64,000 nucleotides of DNA from Octopus sinensis (lineage: Eukaryota), in contig NC_043006.1 of NCBI RefSeq assembly GCF_006345805.1, positions 96,844,001 to 96,908,000 of the forward strand, given 5' to 3'. Positions 38,533 to 51,695 of this stretch are shown here, piece by piece. Position 1 is the first letter of the stretch. Each line of letters begins with the position of its first letter. The position numbers and the translations under genes are program-made. The notes beneath the pieces are model-generated. The model saw nothing but the letters and a program-made list of their open reading frames with translations, was not told the DNA's origin and did not search any database.

Positions 38533-39159
38533 GAGGTTCCACTTTATGTACGGATGATACCTGATGTGATCCAGACAGCAAAATGTGATCCAGAGCATGA
38601 TGCTCAGAATCCCACCCATAAGGGGCAGCAGCAGAACGAATGTCGTTCAAAATAAAGACTAATACCAAATCCATCTACTCGTTACTTAATCAATTACTAT
38701 TATATATATATATACATATAAACACACATACATATATATACATACATGCATATGTATATATACATACATATATATAACATACATATATACATATAATATA
38801 TATATATATATTATATATATATATATATACATATATTATATTAAATTAGAGATAAAACCACTATTAGGCAAATCAAACAGTGAAAATCATAAGACAATAC
38901 ATAGAAAAAAATTAATTAAAATATATATATATATATATAAAAAAATATAAAATCCAAATTAAAATATATAAATTAAAGTTAAAATTAAAAAATTATTTAA
39001 ATAATTTAAACTTATAAATTTTAAAATATATATATATATTTTTTTTTATTATTATTATTTTATTTTATTTTATTTATTTATTAAATTTCTTTTTTTTGGT
39101 AAATATATAACTATAAAAAGTATAAAGGTTTAATATAAGATAAATATATATATAGATAA

Positions 39160-39207
<48 letters not shown>

Positions 39208-40870
39208 ACTCAGTCAGTTTGATCTTCACAGTATAGTTGACACTACTCTCAGCAGAGATTTTCCACCATCAGTAAATACTCGGTTGTTATTCTTAAAAGT
39301 AATTTGAAATAACATTATTTTAAAATATTTTGTGCGTGTATGAGAGAAAGAAACAGACGAGGGGAGGAGAGCGGGAGAGAGACAGAGAGAGCTTGTATGT
39401 AATGGTTGTATGGGTAAATGGAAATATCACAGAATATAAATTCACGCACACACACACACACATATATATATATATGTGTGTGTGTGTGTACTGGCATATA
39501 ATTTATGCATGCATATATACATACGTAGAAAGCGTTTGTAGCAATTCTAGTTACATAAATATGAATTTAAATGAACACCCACCCAGTCGTGAATGTTGGT
39601 CATATTTCACAAAATTTTCTTCAGGTAACTCAATCAAACGCGACATTCCAAAATTTTCGTATTTTATAAATTAGTCTCAGTAATTTAAGCTAATCAAAAT
39701 ATATTTCTTTTCTCTACCCCACCCCTCTCTCTCTCTCTCTTTCACACACACACACACACACACTTTCTCTCTCTCTCTCTCTCTTGCTCTGATGAAACCC
39801 AGATGTGACTGTTTCGTCCAGCACCATTGCGACAAAACTCGCTGTAATAACCATGGTAAAGATTTGGGCTTTTATTAATTAATTATAAATAAAGGCGATG
39901 AAGGTGGTGCAGGCGGTGAAAAGCAGGGTGCTGCGATTCGTTGCATTTGCATAGCTATTAAGATTTCCAGAATGTGATGAGCGCCATATATTCCCAATAT
40001 TTTATTCACGCAAAAACGAGGCTTCATATAAGAAACTTTAAGACATTAGAATGGGAAAGAAAGGAAGAAATGAAGTGTCAAGTATACGTATTTAACACAG
40101 CGCCTCAAATATTCTGCAGAGTCCTCTACAGAACTTACATAAGGGCCAAACCTCTGGCAGCCTGTAGATGTAGCAATGGCACTGGGACTTATACGAATTA
40201 TACCTATAGGTTTCCGTACAAATCGATCCAATGGGTCTTGCCACAGACATTTGCGTAAGAATTTTGTGGGATAACATGGCCGTAATGTAAGCTTTAGTAC
40301 AGTTTAGTATTGAGTGTGTGACAGATGCAGTAATCATTAACGCTCACATTACAGCAACTATATTTAAGAACATCATACCAGGAATATCAGCCAAACTCCG
40401 TCAGTTTACACATGATAAAGAATACCATGGCTGTCAATCACAAGCGAGTGTGAATTAGTTACATCTACAATGCTTTTAATTGTTTTGGGTGTCTATGTAG
40501 TTGTGATCAGAGACACTTTCTCAGTCATTCTTTCAGAACCAATGGGATATCGAGGACGCAGCAGCTGGACTGTGAATTACATGCAGCGGCACTCATCTAG
40601 TGTTCACTTTCAGCTGAGTATTTCGAAGCAACGATGGATACAGTGTCGCTTAATCCACGAAACAAAACCACGTGAGCCCATTACCACACAGTAGGCCACG
40701 CGCTACCAAACTTAGTAAAAAGGGAAGAACACAATGCTATGTCACATACTTAGCCAACAACCACTTTACAACAAAAATTACTAAGAAAAAAAGACCTAGG
40801 TGATAACAACAGTAACAACTCCAGTTGCAAGAAGCCAACAAGGAAGAGTTTGTGTAGTTCGAGCGCAAGT

Positions 40871-41102
40871 CTCTTTACTCTTTACTCTTTTACTCTTTTA
40901 CTTGTTTACTCTTTTACTTGACTGCGGCCATGCTGGAGCACCGCCTTTAGTCGAGCAAATCAACCCCGGGACTTATTCTTTGTAAGCCCAGTACTTATTC
41001 TATCGGTCTCTTTTGCCGAACCGCTAAGTGACGGGTACGTAAACACACCAGCATCGGTTGTCAAGCAATGCTAGGGGGACAAACACAGACACACAAACAT
41101 AT

Positions 41103-41135
<33 letters not shown>

Positions 41136-41284
41136 CATATATACGACAGGCTTCTATCAGTTTCCGTCTACCAAATACACTCACAAGGCATTGGTCGGCC
41201 CGGGGCTATAGCAGAAGACACTTGCCCAAGATGCCACGCAGTGGGACTGAACCCGGAACCATGTGGTTGGTTAACAAGATACTT
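40871..41284 (-). mobile_element. SINE family B, 3-prime part (5-prime part at 47122-47162)
   Basis: Body and tail as 11542-11968; interrupted within the tRNA-like head by the Tx1 element. Confidence 0.9.
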
Positions 41285-41499
41285 TATTCATATAATTTGC
41301 CATTAGGCATTTACAAAGAGGGGACAAACAAGGACAGACAAATATAAAGGGTGAAGTAGCTTAACACAGTTACAATTTTCGAATGAAATTACGGATAAGA
41401 TTATAAACAATGATTTTACGAAGGCAATGTTTAAAAATATTAATGATCATGTCGAAGGACGGACACCCAGCCATCGGGTAGAACCTTTACTTTCTGATC

Positions 41500-44400
41500 C
41501 GGTCACACTTACCTGGTGCCAAACATACCCATCTTGTATGCCACAGGCTTCCATCTTTTCACAAAATATCTCGTGACAGACACCTCTTCTCCAGCCTGAT
41601 TTTGCTACTGAGGTGGTAACTAAAAAGTTAATCAACCCCTGGCCGGAGACAAAGGTGCCTGTCACTATACCTTTCGTACGCGTCTTCCATACTGTTTCTT
41701 TCAGTATGGCTACTACACAGAAAAAACAAGCCTTTCTTCCCTGTTAAGGAAAGGGGGCGGCACAATCTCGATGATAGACTCAGCTGATAGCTGTACTCTT
41801 CCCATCACTGACAACAGTTGTTCAACAAAAGCTATCAGTCCGATAACTCCGGACACTCCACGAATGCGTGCAAGACGGTCTCCCTATCCTGCTCACATCG
41901 CGGGCATGTCGGCGAGACTGCACTACCGTGCCTTGACAGCTTGTCGCGAACAGGTAAAGCCGCACGGAAACACTGCCAGGCCAGGGATTTCTGGTAATTA
42001 TCCAGATACCCCGGCCCGAACGTCGTCCGGAACAGGTTGACCACTGATTTCATCGTAGCCCAGGGTCTCCCCCAAGGCGTCTTCGGACTTAATCTCCACT
42101 AACCTGCTATAGAAATCCGTGGTGGAACTCCTGTTGCCGGCGTGCCCACCGAGATAGTAGCTGGAGCGCCTGACGGCACTCCAAATGCCATTCACTCAGT
42201 TTAGGTCTCCGCTTGATCCATGCACCGATGTCCGTTAGGGATGTTAACTGGGGAAGGTAGAACCGGACGTGCGGTGACCACACCTGCTCTCCATTCAGGT
42301 AAAGCCAGAGGTGCCTCAACCTTAACGCGAGTTTTCGCATCCTCAGCCAAGGCATCCCTAGCCCACCCTTTAGCGGTTTCTGGCAGCAGACAGAGCGCTT
42401 TACAAGTGGCTTCCTCCTTTCCACAAAAATCGGAAAAGGATTCTCTCCAACTTGTTCAGCCACAAATCGGGGCAAGGCACCACGGTCAGACGGTAGGTGA
42501 TTACTGATGCTATAAACATCTGCACCACCTCCGCCTTCCCTAGCAAGGGATAACGCCCTCCCAGACCAGGTCTGGGTTAGAGCGGTCACCTTGTTGGCCA
42601 CCTCACTCCAATTTTCTCAATCTGGAGGTCTGGCCCGAACCAGACTCCGAGCAGCTTAACAGGACCTTCCGTCCAACGCCCTACGACGTTATTGGACGGC
42701 ATCGGCTTGCCCCTCCAGGTGCCGAGTTGCAAACCGACCGACTTGTCCTTGTTAACCTTTGCTCCTGCCACCGCCTCGTAGCTTTTGATGGCCTCTTCCA
42801 CCACTGGAAGCTGGCCTTCGTCTGCCACGATGATGGAGGTGTCATGCCGCATACGCCGTAGCTCCTCTTCCACACCATAGATCATGCGGCGCGCCCCCTA
42901 GTGCCTCCAACTTCCGCAGCAAAGGCTCAGAGCCAATACGTATAGGAGCGAGGACAGGGGACACCCTTGACGAACTGAACGCTCGATCCTGAACGGCTTC
43001 GAAAAGGAACCGTTCACCTTGACTACAGACTCGATGTCGCTATACAAAGCAGCGATTCAAACCTCGAAAGGTCGGGCCTAGGCCAGCCTCTCCGAGGACC
43101 GCCGCCAGGTACCGATGGTCGACCCTATCAAATGCTTTGGACTGGTCTAAATGTACCAGTGCTCCCCCTGTGCCAGAAAGCTTCCCCACCCTCTCTAAGG
43201 AGTAGCGTATAAGGTGGAGATTGTCGTGGATCGTTCTGCCGGGATAGCGCACGTTTGCGCTTCCCCGACAAGTTTGTCCACGACCCGCGCCAACCTTTTG
43301 CTAGCACCTTGGCCAGAATCTTTAACTCTGTGTTTAACAGAGTTATGGGCCTGAAGTTCCCTATCTCGTACCCCTTGTTCGGGCCCTTCCTGATGAACGT
43401 CACCGCCCCCCGGCTCGCAGACTTGGGAATTCTCCCATTCTGCTGCCAGTTGGCGTAGACGCTAGCCAGCAGGTGCCCGAACAAGTCTGGCATACTTCTA
43501 TAAAATCCATAGGGCAGACCATCGAGACCCGGCGACTTCTCCCCGGGGCACTTGCCCAACACCTCAATTACTTCATCGGCTGTGATTGGCCCTTCACAGC
43601 ACTCAGCCTCTCGTGTCGAGAGGCGCGGGCCACCAGACAGGAAGTCCCTAAGGGCCTCACCATGATCCAGCGCCCCGCACCTCCCGAACAACTCGGCGAA
43701 GTGCTTGTGAAGTGCCTCACACATCTCGTCCCGCTTCTTGATCGTGCATCCGTTTTCTCAACAAGAGACCCAATTGTGGCATCGTTTCCACGCTGTGTTT
43801 CTATCGTACGGGCCCATCCGGCAACATTAATTCCCTCACGGCCCAATGCTCGTACTTTAGCCCGGACTATACATCCCTCATGTTTGGTTTTGAGGTGACG
43901 GTCTAATGCCGTTCTCGCCGCTAAAATGTGAGATGCAGAGCCCAACCTCAACGCCTCCTCTAAGTTCTTAACTAGTTGCCCTTCTATTCTAGCCCTATCT
44001 AGTCTTAGTTGTTTACTAAATCTAATGGACTCGAATCGAATGGCTCTTTTGAGGGTGAACCACCACGGTTATTAACCACGGCTCCGGTTAACGCCCTCTG
44101 CACTAACACCTTAATCCGGCTACGGTATGCCTCGGTGTCAAAATAGACTTGTTCAGCTTCCAGTAGCCGGTTCCTATCTTAAGTGTGCTATCTATGTCCA
44201 GTCTACACGTGACCATTCTATGATCAGTATAGGGCACCTGGACGAGCTGTGGACAACTAAAACTAACTTATCTTAGTTCTTATCACTATCCTGTCTAGAT
44301 AAGACTTGAACGGACTAGTTGCCCTTCTATTCTAGCCCTATCTAGTCTTAGTTGTTTACTAAATCTAATGGACTTCGATCGAATGGCTCTTTTGAGGGTG

Positions 44401-45333
44401 AACCACCACCGTTATTAACCACGGCTCCGGTTAACGCCCTCTGCACTAACACCTTAATCCGCTACGGTATGCCTCGCGTGTCAAAATAGACTTGTTCAGC
44501 TTCCAGTAGCCGGTTCCTATCTTAAGTGTGCTATCTATGTCCAGTCTACACGTGACCATTCTATGATCAGTATAGGGCACCTGGACGAGCTGTGGACAAC
44601 TAAACTAACTTATCTCGATTCTTACACTATCCTGTCAGATAAGACTTGAACCGGACTAGTTGCCTTCTATTCTAGCCCATCTAGTCTTAGTTGTTTACTA
44701 AATCTAATGGACTCGACGAATGGCTCTTTTGAGGGTGAAACCGGTTATTAACCACGTCGCCACTCATCCAGGTCCACTCTGGGACGTTCGGATGGTCAAG
44801 TCTGTAACGATCTGCCAGCTGAAACCGCTTAATCAGATCCACGAGACGTGAGTTTACTTTCTTATAGATCGAGCCAACGCTATCGATGTGTACGTCAACG
44901 ATAGCATTAAAGTCCCCTAATATCACTAAAGTCTTCGACGTCACGAGAAAGCCCTCTAGGCGCCGATAAAAATCAGTTTGGAAACCTCTAGCACAAGGTG
45001 CATAGAGTCCGATCAACCTGAAGGCCTTACTGCTGTATGTCACATGAAGGACGACCAGCCCACCTTCTGGGTCTACATAGACTGTACTTGTCTGTAGAGA
45101 GCAAGTCTTTACGGATCAGTACCACTACGCCCCCTCGCCCTCCGGTCTGGCCAGGAGACATTTTTTCTGGTAGCCATTCAGGAGAGGCGAGAAGGTTTGT
45201 AGGCTGTCCAGCTTGGTCTCTGTAGCAACCATCACATGTATATCATGTGATCTGAGGAGTCGAGGAAACAAGCCTGCTTCCACTTCGAACTCAGACCACG
45301 CACATTTAAACAACCAAGGTTAAGCGAAGCCAT
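41500..45333 (-). pseudogene. Tx1-like ORF2 (AP endonuclease + reverse transcriptase + C-terminal Zn motif), frameshifted
   Basis: LNVRGL, ATETKL, LYAP, GDFN, WTW, SYLDR, TDH, GYWKLN; KSPGLDG, NFRPITLLN, LDQSKAFDRV, SVRQGCPLS, YADDT with a 1-nt insertion; CPRC..ETVLHAFVEC. Confidence 0.93.
43971..44756 (-). repeat. Internal tandem duplication in ORF2 (2 x ~342 bp + ~100-bp partial)
   Basis: actagttgcc unit starts at 43971, 44314 and 44655. Confidence 0.92.
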
Positions 45334-45354
45334 TACAAAAAGTAAAAGTTCTAC

Positions 45355-46732
45355 TTACATTTCGTTGGAGAGGTGGGGGCCGACCTCACCACACGTTTGT
45401 GGGCCCCTTTTTCTCCTCTTTCTAAGATAGTCCGGCAAGTTCGCGATATGCCGGATGGCGTTTGGGTGTCTGTCTTTTAATTGTTTGAACGTTGTTTCCG
45501 CAATCCACGCGTGTCTATTTCGATCTTTGTATTTGTGTACAGTCTTGCTGACTGATGCTGAACACAATATCGTTTATGTATTTGTCTTGTGTGTCGAATT
45601 CAATTAATATGAGTTCATTTTCTTTTTTGTCTTCTTTTTCTGGGCCAGTTGAGCGGGATTTTTTTTCTGTGGTGTGTGGTGTGTCTTTGTTTTATTATTT
45701 TTTGTAGGGGATGTGGACGGGGATGCTGCACGAATTCTTTACGAACTGGTGTAAATCCCCCCTCTGATACCTCCATGGTATCGTCTGGGGTAGCAATAGT
45801 TTGTTCGGTAGGCGCCGGAGTTTTTAGTGGGGGGGAGGTTTTAATAGTGTAGGGGTTTGTGAGTGCGAGGGCTGGGTTTTTTCTTCAGTCTGTTTTGGGG
45901 TTGGCACCGTAACAGCAGGAGTGGGATTTTTTGTTTTTGTAGGGGTAGGTGTGTTTGCAAGGGTAGGGACTTTTTTTATTATCTGAGGGGCCTGGTGTCT
46001 GCGGTTTCTTTTGCTTGTCTGGACAGTCTACACGAATGTGGCCCTTTTTGCCGCAGGCGTAACAGGTGGGTTTTCGGCCTTCGACCTGTACCCTGAGGGC
46101 TACGTTCTCGCCCACGAGCACCCTCTCAGGAAGGAGCTGCAGGTCCTCCGCTGTTCCTTGAATTAATATTAATGTTACGCCCGAGCCAAAATAGAGGGGC
46201 AGAGCATGTTACTTGTAGTATTTTTATTTTGTCCGCCCTTTTATATAACAGGGCGGCCACTACCTCTACCGGATCTACTTCGGCGGGGCTTCTACAATCC
46301 TGACCCGGGACGTCCTGCGTCCCCTATAGCTTGGAAAAGTACCACCTCCTTGGTTTTTAGGGGGTTCACAGAATGCCCGCGGGCCATTTCTTCCCCCGAG
46401 AAGCGGACATCCACAGTGCCATATGCCCGTCCCCTGGCGACGTACACGATGTCCTTCCAAATCGGGGACAGGCATTTCTCGATGGTGCTTTTTTCAAAGT
46501 GTTTGAACCTTCTGCTTTGTGGACAGAAAGTCTTAAACACTACGGTCTCCACGATACTGGCGGAGGGTGATATTTTAACATCACCACCCTCCTCTTGCAT
46601 TTTTTTAAATAGCTCGACGAGCTGGTTGACATCGATGTCAATGTTCTCGGTAGCCACTGTAGCTACCGCAGAAAATTTTTTAACATTGCTCTCCTCAAGA
46701 GCACTACTTTCGTGAATAATTTCAACAGACAT
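45355..46732 (-). pseudogene. Tx1-like ORF1 (gag-like, CCHC zinc knuckle), frameshifted
   Basis: MSVEIIHES...; VQVEGRKPTCYACGKKGHIRVDC (CX2CX4HX4C); Lys/Thr/Pro-rich tail. Confidence 0.8.
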
Positions 46733-47121
46733 TATTCTGTTGAAATTAGACAACACAAAAATTACGAGTATTGGTTTCCCACAAAACTGGGAAACCTATA
46801 GAAAGTTTTTCTTCCAAAGTAGTTCAAAAAAGCAGTTCAAAAATTCCAATTCCCACCCCCATTCGGGGGAGGGGCACGAAAATAGTCTGGCAGGACTATA
46901 TATAGTCACGTAAATAAAAAGCCACAGTGGCTAACAGTTCAACGGTAAGAAATTATTCAATTATTTCCCGGTAAAACCGGAGAACAAGACAGTTCAGCAA
47001 CGTTTAAAGGCAAATTTTCAGTAGTAGGAATTCAACAATTAACAACACAGCAAAACTCTTACCGGGAAGAAAACGCGTCCAAACCGTAGTACGGTAAGCA
47101 AAGTCACTCTTCTGTCAGTGA

Positions 47122-47162
47122 GGTTACCAATGCTACTTACCACACAGCCACACCTGCGCCTG
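47122..47162 (-). mobile_element. SINE family B, 5-prime head
   Basis: Minus strand GGCGCAGGTGTGGCTGTGTGGTAAGTAGC, the missing start of 40871-41284. Confidence 0.85.
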
Positions 47163-47314
47163 AACATAAATGTTTAACTATCTGAAGCTAGAACCAAAGA
47201 AGAATTCCAAACATGTGCTAGACTGCCGTTCCGATCATGTATATTATAGTAAATTGCAATTGTGGCATCGTTTATTATTCTATGACCATTTTTCGCTTAT
47301 CTGCCTCTTAAATT

Positions 47315-47600
47315 TACAAATATATGGGAAACTACCACCTGTGTCATCTCTTGTGACAGGTAGGAGAGTCCAGTTTGTTGGACATTGTTGTAGAGCTGAA
47401 AACGAGATAATTTCTACTCTTCTCCTCTGGAAGCCATCTGCTCGCGATACCGGAGGGCGCACACCCTCCTACCCTGATGTAATCTCCAGGGATACAGGCA
47501 TCCAGCAACGGGGCCTCCGTAATACTATGATAGACCGTGAAGTCTGGCGTAACACAGTAAATTCCATTGTCTCGACCACGGTCGAACAATGATGATGATG
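47315..47600 (+). pseudogene. RTE-like LINE 3-prime end
   Basis: IYGKLPPVSSLVTGRRVQFVGHCCR...LLLWKP...GRTPSY...DTG...MIDREVWR, stop, then (TGA)n tail. Confidence 0.82.
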
Positions 47601-47671
47601 TGATTGTGTGTGTGTATGTATGTATGTATGTATGTATGTATGTATGTATGTATGTATGTATGTATGTATGT

Positions 47672-47720
<49 letters not shown>

Positions 47721-48739
47721 CTAAGAAACAGACAGATTGATTAATCGACTGATTGATTTTATGGGAATAATACCACTTGTGTTCCTTAACCTTTTGTCTT
47801 GTGGGTGTACTACGGATTTGCTATGGGTCTGCTTTGAGAGGGTTTTAAGTAAAGGGAGAAAACAGGACAAACTCCTTTACACTTCAGGAATCAAAAATAT
47901 AAATATCAGTAATAAACCATCATCATTTTCACTGGATTAAGAACTAGTTCTAATAAAGTTTGATTGTCTTATAACTAAGACGGCAATAAAACTTTCAGCT
48001 TATTCTTAGTAGGACGTAAGCTCCAGGGCAACTGGATACCCGATATAACAGCTTTCGTCATTAGTTGAAGCCGTCACACATCATTGAAAGAAAAACATTG
48101 AAAAAAGCTGTGATTCCAGATCTAAATTGGTTCCACAAATATCAGGGCTCTATATACCATATCCCAAGTGTTTCTTGTTAAATTACTTTAATTCTGAGAA
48201 TTTGATCATTCCCCACCCACGTGTTCGTTGAACTATAGTATTTATTACCGCTAATTAATTAATTACACTAAAGCTGATGATCCTTTGGTTTGTTAGATTT
48301 GCATGTTCTCCCTTGGAGTTATACTAGCAAAACTGGACCAACCAAAGTGGAAATCTCTACATGGTCGTTGTACCTGCTAGAACTCACAACCACATTTCCC
48401 TCAAATCAAATTCTATCTTAGACAAAGTTACCCTATAATGTTATAAATACAATATGAGAATAATACAAGATGGTCATGGTTCGACTGTCTTTAGGTCTGA
48501 TCATTCAAAGATGGTACGCAATTAAATAACAACACCAATAGGAATACTCACATCTGTGGGGTTTTCTAACTTATAAAATTATCCCCAAAAGCGATGGTCA
48601 TATTCCCAGTGTTCCTGGTTCTATAATTTTACCCCCAGAATGGACAGTCAGCAATCAGGTGTTTCTTGTTCTAAAGCATTGCTCTAGACGTAATGGTCAC
48701 ATATCTTGTGATCTCTGCCCTAAGGCACTAACTTAGAAG

Positions 48740-49050
48740 AAACAATCGCTTTCCATGTGTTTCCCATTCTATATTATTACCCCAGAAAAATGGTCAAATC
48801 TTCGGCCTTCTCTGCCATATTTCATGAAACGGTGAATTAGCAGAGTCGACAGAGCATCGCAGAGAATACTTCGCGATCTCTCCTCTATGAGTTCAAATCC
48901 CACAGAGGTAAATTTAGCATTCAATCCTCTGAGTTCAACAAAATTATGTACCAATCAATTCTGGTGAATCAGTGGAAATGTAGGGAAGTTTGACCGAGAT
49001 GCCTTACAGCATTTCTCCCGGTTCTTTACGTTCTGAGCTCAAATCCCACC
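48740..49050. mobile_element. Degenerate SINE family A fragments in both orientations
   Basis: gagttcaaatcccacagaggtaaatttagcattc and ttacgttctgagctcaaatccc resemble the family A head. Confidence 0.5.
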
Positions 49051-49637
49051 ATGGGCTTTGGACTTGGTTAGTTGACTTAAACCATGACTCGGTTTAATAG
49101 CACCAACTTGGGGCGCCTTTAGCAAGCAGAGTCTACTCAATTGTAAGTATTCGAATCAGGTTTCTGATCTGAAAATAATTTTCTCTATTTATCCCACGAG
49201 GTTGGAGATTCTCTAAATAGTTATAGTTACTGCATTAAAAGATTTTACAAGGGACCTCGAGAAAAGGACCACATTCCTAGTATTTTCCTTCTCACACCAT
49301 AGTCGGTTACACAAGACCAAGAAGGGAAAGCCATTGAATGCTGACAATAAAACACAAGGCAAAATATACCTTATACAAAACCATCTTCTAGAGAGAAAGT
49401 GCATGGACGCTTTCTTGAACACGAATACCGTTATGTTTTGAGAAGCTATAAATGATGTGCATTTTCAGAATGGGAGTTTGAGATGTTCATTCTATTCCCT
49501 ACTACAGCATCGAATGAATAATTAAATTACACCATCTGGATAATTACATATAATAGAAAAGTTAAATAAAAATAACAATTAAAAAGAAAAGGTTAAATAA
49601 ATTACAAAAATAATATAATGTATATAATAGGTAGAAA

Positions 49638-49724
49638 AACGACAGGTGTTTCGCTGCTATATTTAAGAAATGATTATAGTAGTAGAGAAATCACTTGCAT
49701 ATAAATATAGTCGCTCATCAGGTT
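49638..49724 (-). ncRNA. Hammerhead-like motif (weak stem I)
   Basis: AAC CUGAUGA GC..CUAUAUUUA [loop] UAAAUAUAG..GC GAAAC ACCU GUC GUU. Confidence 0.5.
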
Positions 49725-50737
49725 AAAAATATAATAGAACAGTAAAATAATTAATTAATAAATATACTTCATAAAATATTTTACGTTTTACATATCATTT
49801 ACGTCGGATGTTTAATTGTTATAAAAGATTTTACGTTTTACATTTCATTTAACTTGAGAACTTATAATGGTTAGACTTTATTTATTATTATAATTAGATA
49901 ATATTTTCATTAAATAGTACTTTTTTTTTAAATAAACAAGTTTTTATTTGAATATAATGTTTATGTTTAACTTTTTATCGTGTGATATATTAAATCTATA
50001 GGTTTATACATGCATATTAATGTAACGAGTTTATATAATGGATTTGGGAGTATTTGTACTTTTTCGAAGTTTTGATTGTATTTTCATGAATGAAATTGAT
50101 TGAGTTGATTAATTAGAAGCTTATCTTTTTAAAATCTAGATAGATTAATCAGAATCGTTGAACTTAGTAATTTAGTTTACTTATCAATATTAGTTAGTTC
50201 TTGCTATTATTTTGACTTTGATCGTTTTTATTATTGTTATTGTTATTGACTGGTTTGGTAGAGAACTGGTGATTGTGATTGTACATCTTCATAGTATATT
50301 GTTCTTTGGTTTGAATATTTTAGCACCTTTCTTTCATTTGTGGTTGATAGGTTTCTTACTTTCCATTAACATATTATACTCGCTATTATATATATATATT
50401 TTTTTATAATATGTTATATTATTTTTGGTATATAGGTGGATTATGTGTTTGTAATACTAAATTGAAGTTAATTAGGTATTATATTATTTGATATTTAGTC
50501 TATTTTGTTATAATTTGTTATATTAAATCTATAGATATTACACATGTATATTTATTATATGGTTAGCTTATGTAAGGAGTTTGTCTATATTTGAAACATT
50601 TCTTATTTTGATTACAATTTAATAACTAGTAATAGCTTTGTGCATTTTATTTAATTTTAAAGTATTTAATTATTGAAGTATTATTTTATTTTTCAATTAT
50701 GCATATTTAGAATTTTCATACACACACACACACACAC

Positions 50738-50805
<68 letters not shown>

Positions 50806-50847
50806 GGTATATATATTGATTAATTATTTTACTGTTCTATTGTATTT

Positions 50848-50934
50848 AACCTGATGAGCGACTATATTTATATGCAAGTGATTTCTCTACTACTATAATC
50901 ATTTCTTAAATATAGCAGCGAAACACCTGTCGTT
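50848..50934 (+). ncRNA. Hammerhead-like motif (weak stem I)
   Basis: aac ctgatga gcgactatattta...taaatatagcagc gaaac acct gtc gtt; only 3 bp of stem I. Confidence 0.5.
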
Positions 50935-51324
50935 TTTCTACCTATTATATACATTATATTATTTTTGTAATTTATTTAACCTTTAATTTTTAATTGTTAT
51001 TTTTATTTAACTTTTCTATTATATGTAATTTTCTAGATGGTGTAATTTAATTATTCATTTTGAATTGATAAAAGGTGGGTTTTTTTCTAATATCCTATAT
51101 ATTATATTGCGTGGAATTTGATTTAGTATTTCTAAATTGAATTCTTTTTCCTTGTAAGTTTGGATTTTATTTCCTCAAATAAGTAGAGAGTAATATAAAA
51201 AGCATTATGGAGAATATATTATAAATAATTGATATTATTTATGAATATATCAATGGCCAAATATGATACCATAAAATATAAAGAAAAAAAACGTTTATAA
51301 TTATGAACAAGTCATAATAATAAG

Positions 51325-51590
51325 ATATCAATGCCCAGGTCACGCACTGATTTTGATTCAGAGATTGCAGTTCCTCCCGAGTCAGTGTATCCTGTCTGCA
51401 TGTTATTTAACGTTGTATGTTGGGGGACGCCGGCCTTGGAATTTTCCTGCATTAAACTGCATGTTGTTGTCCTCAGCCCATCTGTATATTGCGTCCAACT
51501 CCCGTTGCAGATGCGCAATTTTTGCAGAATTTTGTATTGTCTGAGAGTCCTTTGTGTCATCTGCATAGCTAGCAAAGGTGGCTATCTGAG
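51325..51590 (-). pseudogene. CR1/L2-like reverse transcriptase fragment
   Basis: SYADDTKDS...LQRELDAIYRWAEDNNMQFNAGKFQ...KSVRDLGI. Confidence 0.82.
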
Positions 51591-51695
51591 CATATATACA
51601 TATAACAATATTTAACATAACATAGTATATATATAATATTAATATATAATAGGTATATATGTGTGTGTACATGCATGTATGCATGCATTTATGCA

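Larger units (their letters stand above)
41285..47121 (-). mobile_element. Near full-length Tx1/L1-like non-LTR retrotransposon (~5.8 kb)
   Basis: 5-prime UTR, ORF1 with zinc knuckle, ORF2 with APE, RT and C-terminal CxxC..H..C; AATAAA at the 3-prime end; ~16-bp imperfect TSD. Confidence 0.93.
49515..51059. mobile_element. AT-rich element bounded by ~255-bp inverted repeats, each with a hammerhead-like motif
   Basis: Arms 49515-49769 and 50804-51059 are reverse complements; (CA)n(TA)n precedes the right arm. Confidence 0.85.

Noticed and set aside
39785-39845. ctgatga plus nearby gtttc
   Set aside because: The two motifs are on opposite strands for a hammerhead and no stem I can be formed.
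49770-50715. Possible autonomous Penelope-like ORF between the inverted arms
   Set aside because: AT-rich with frequent stops; no RT or GIY-YIG motif seen.
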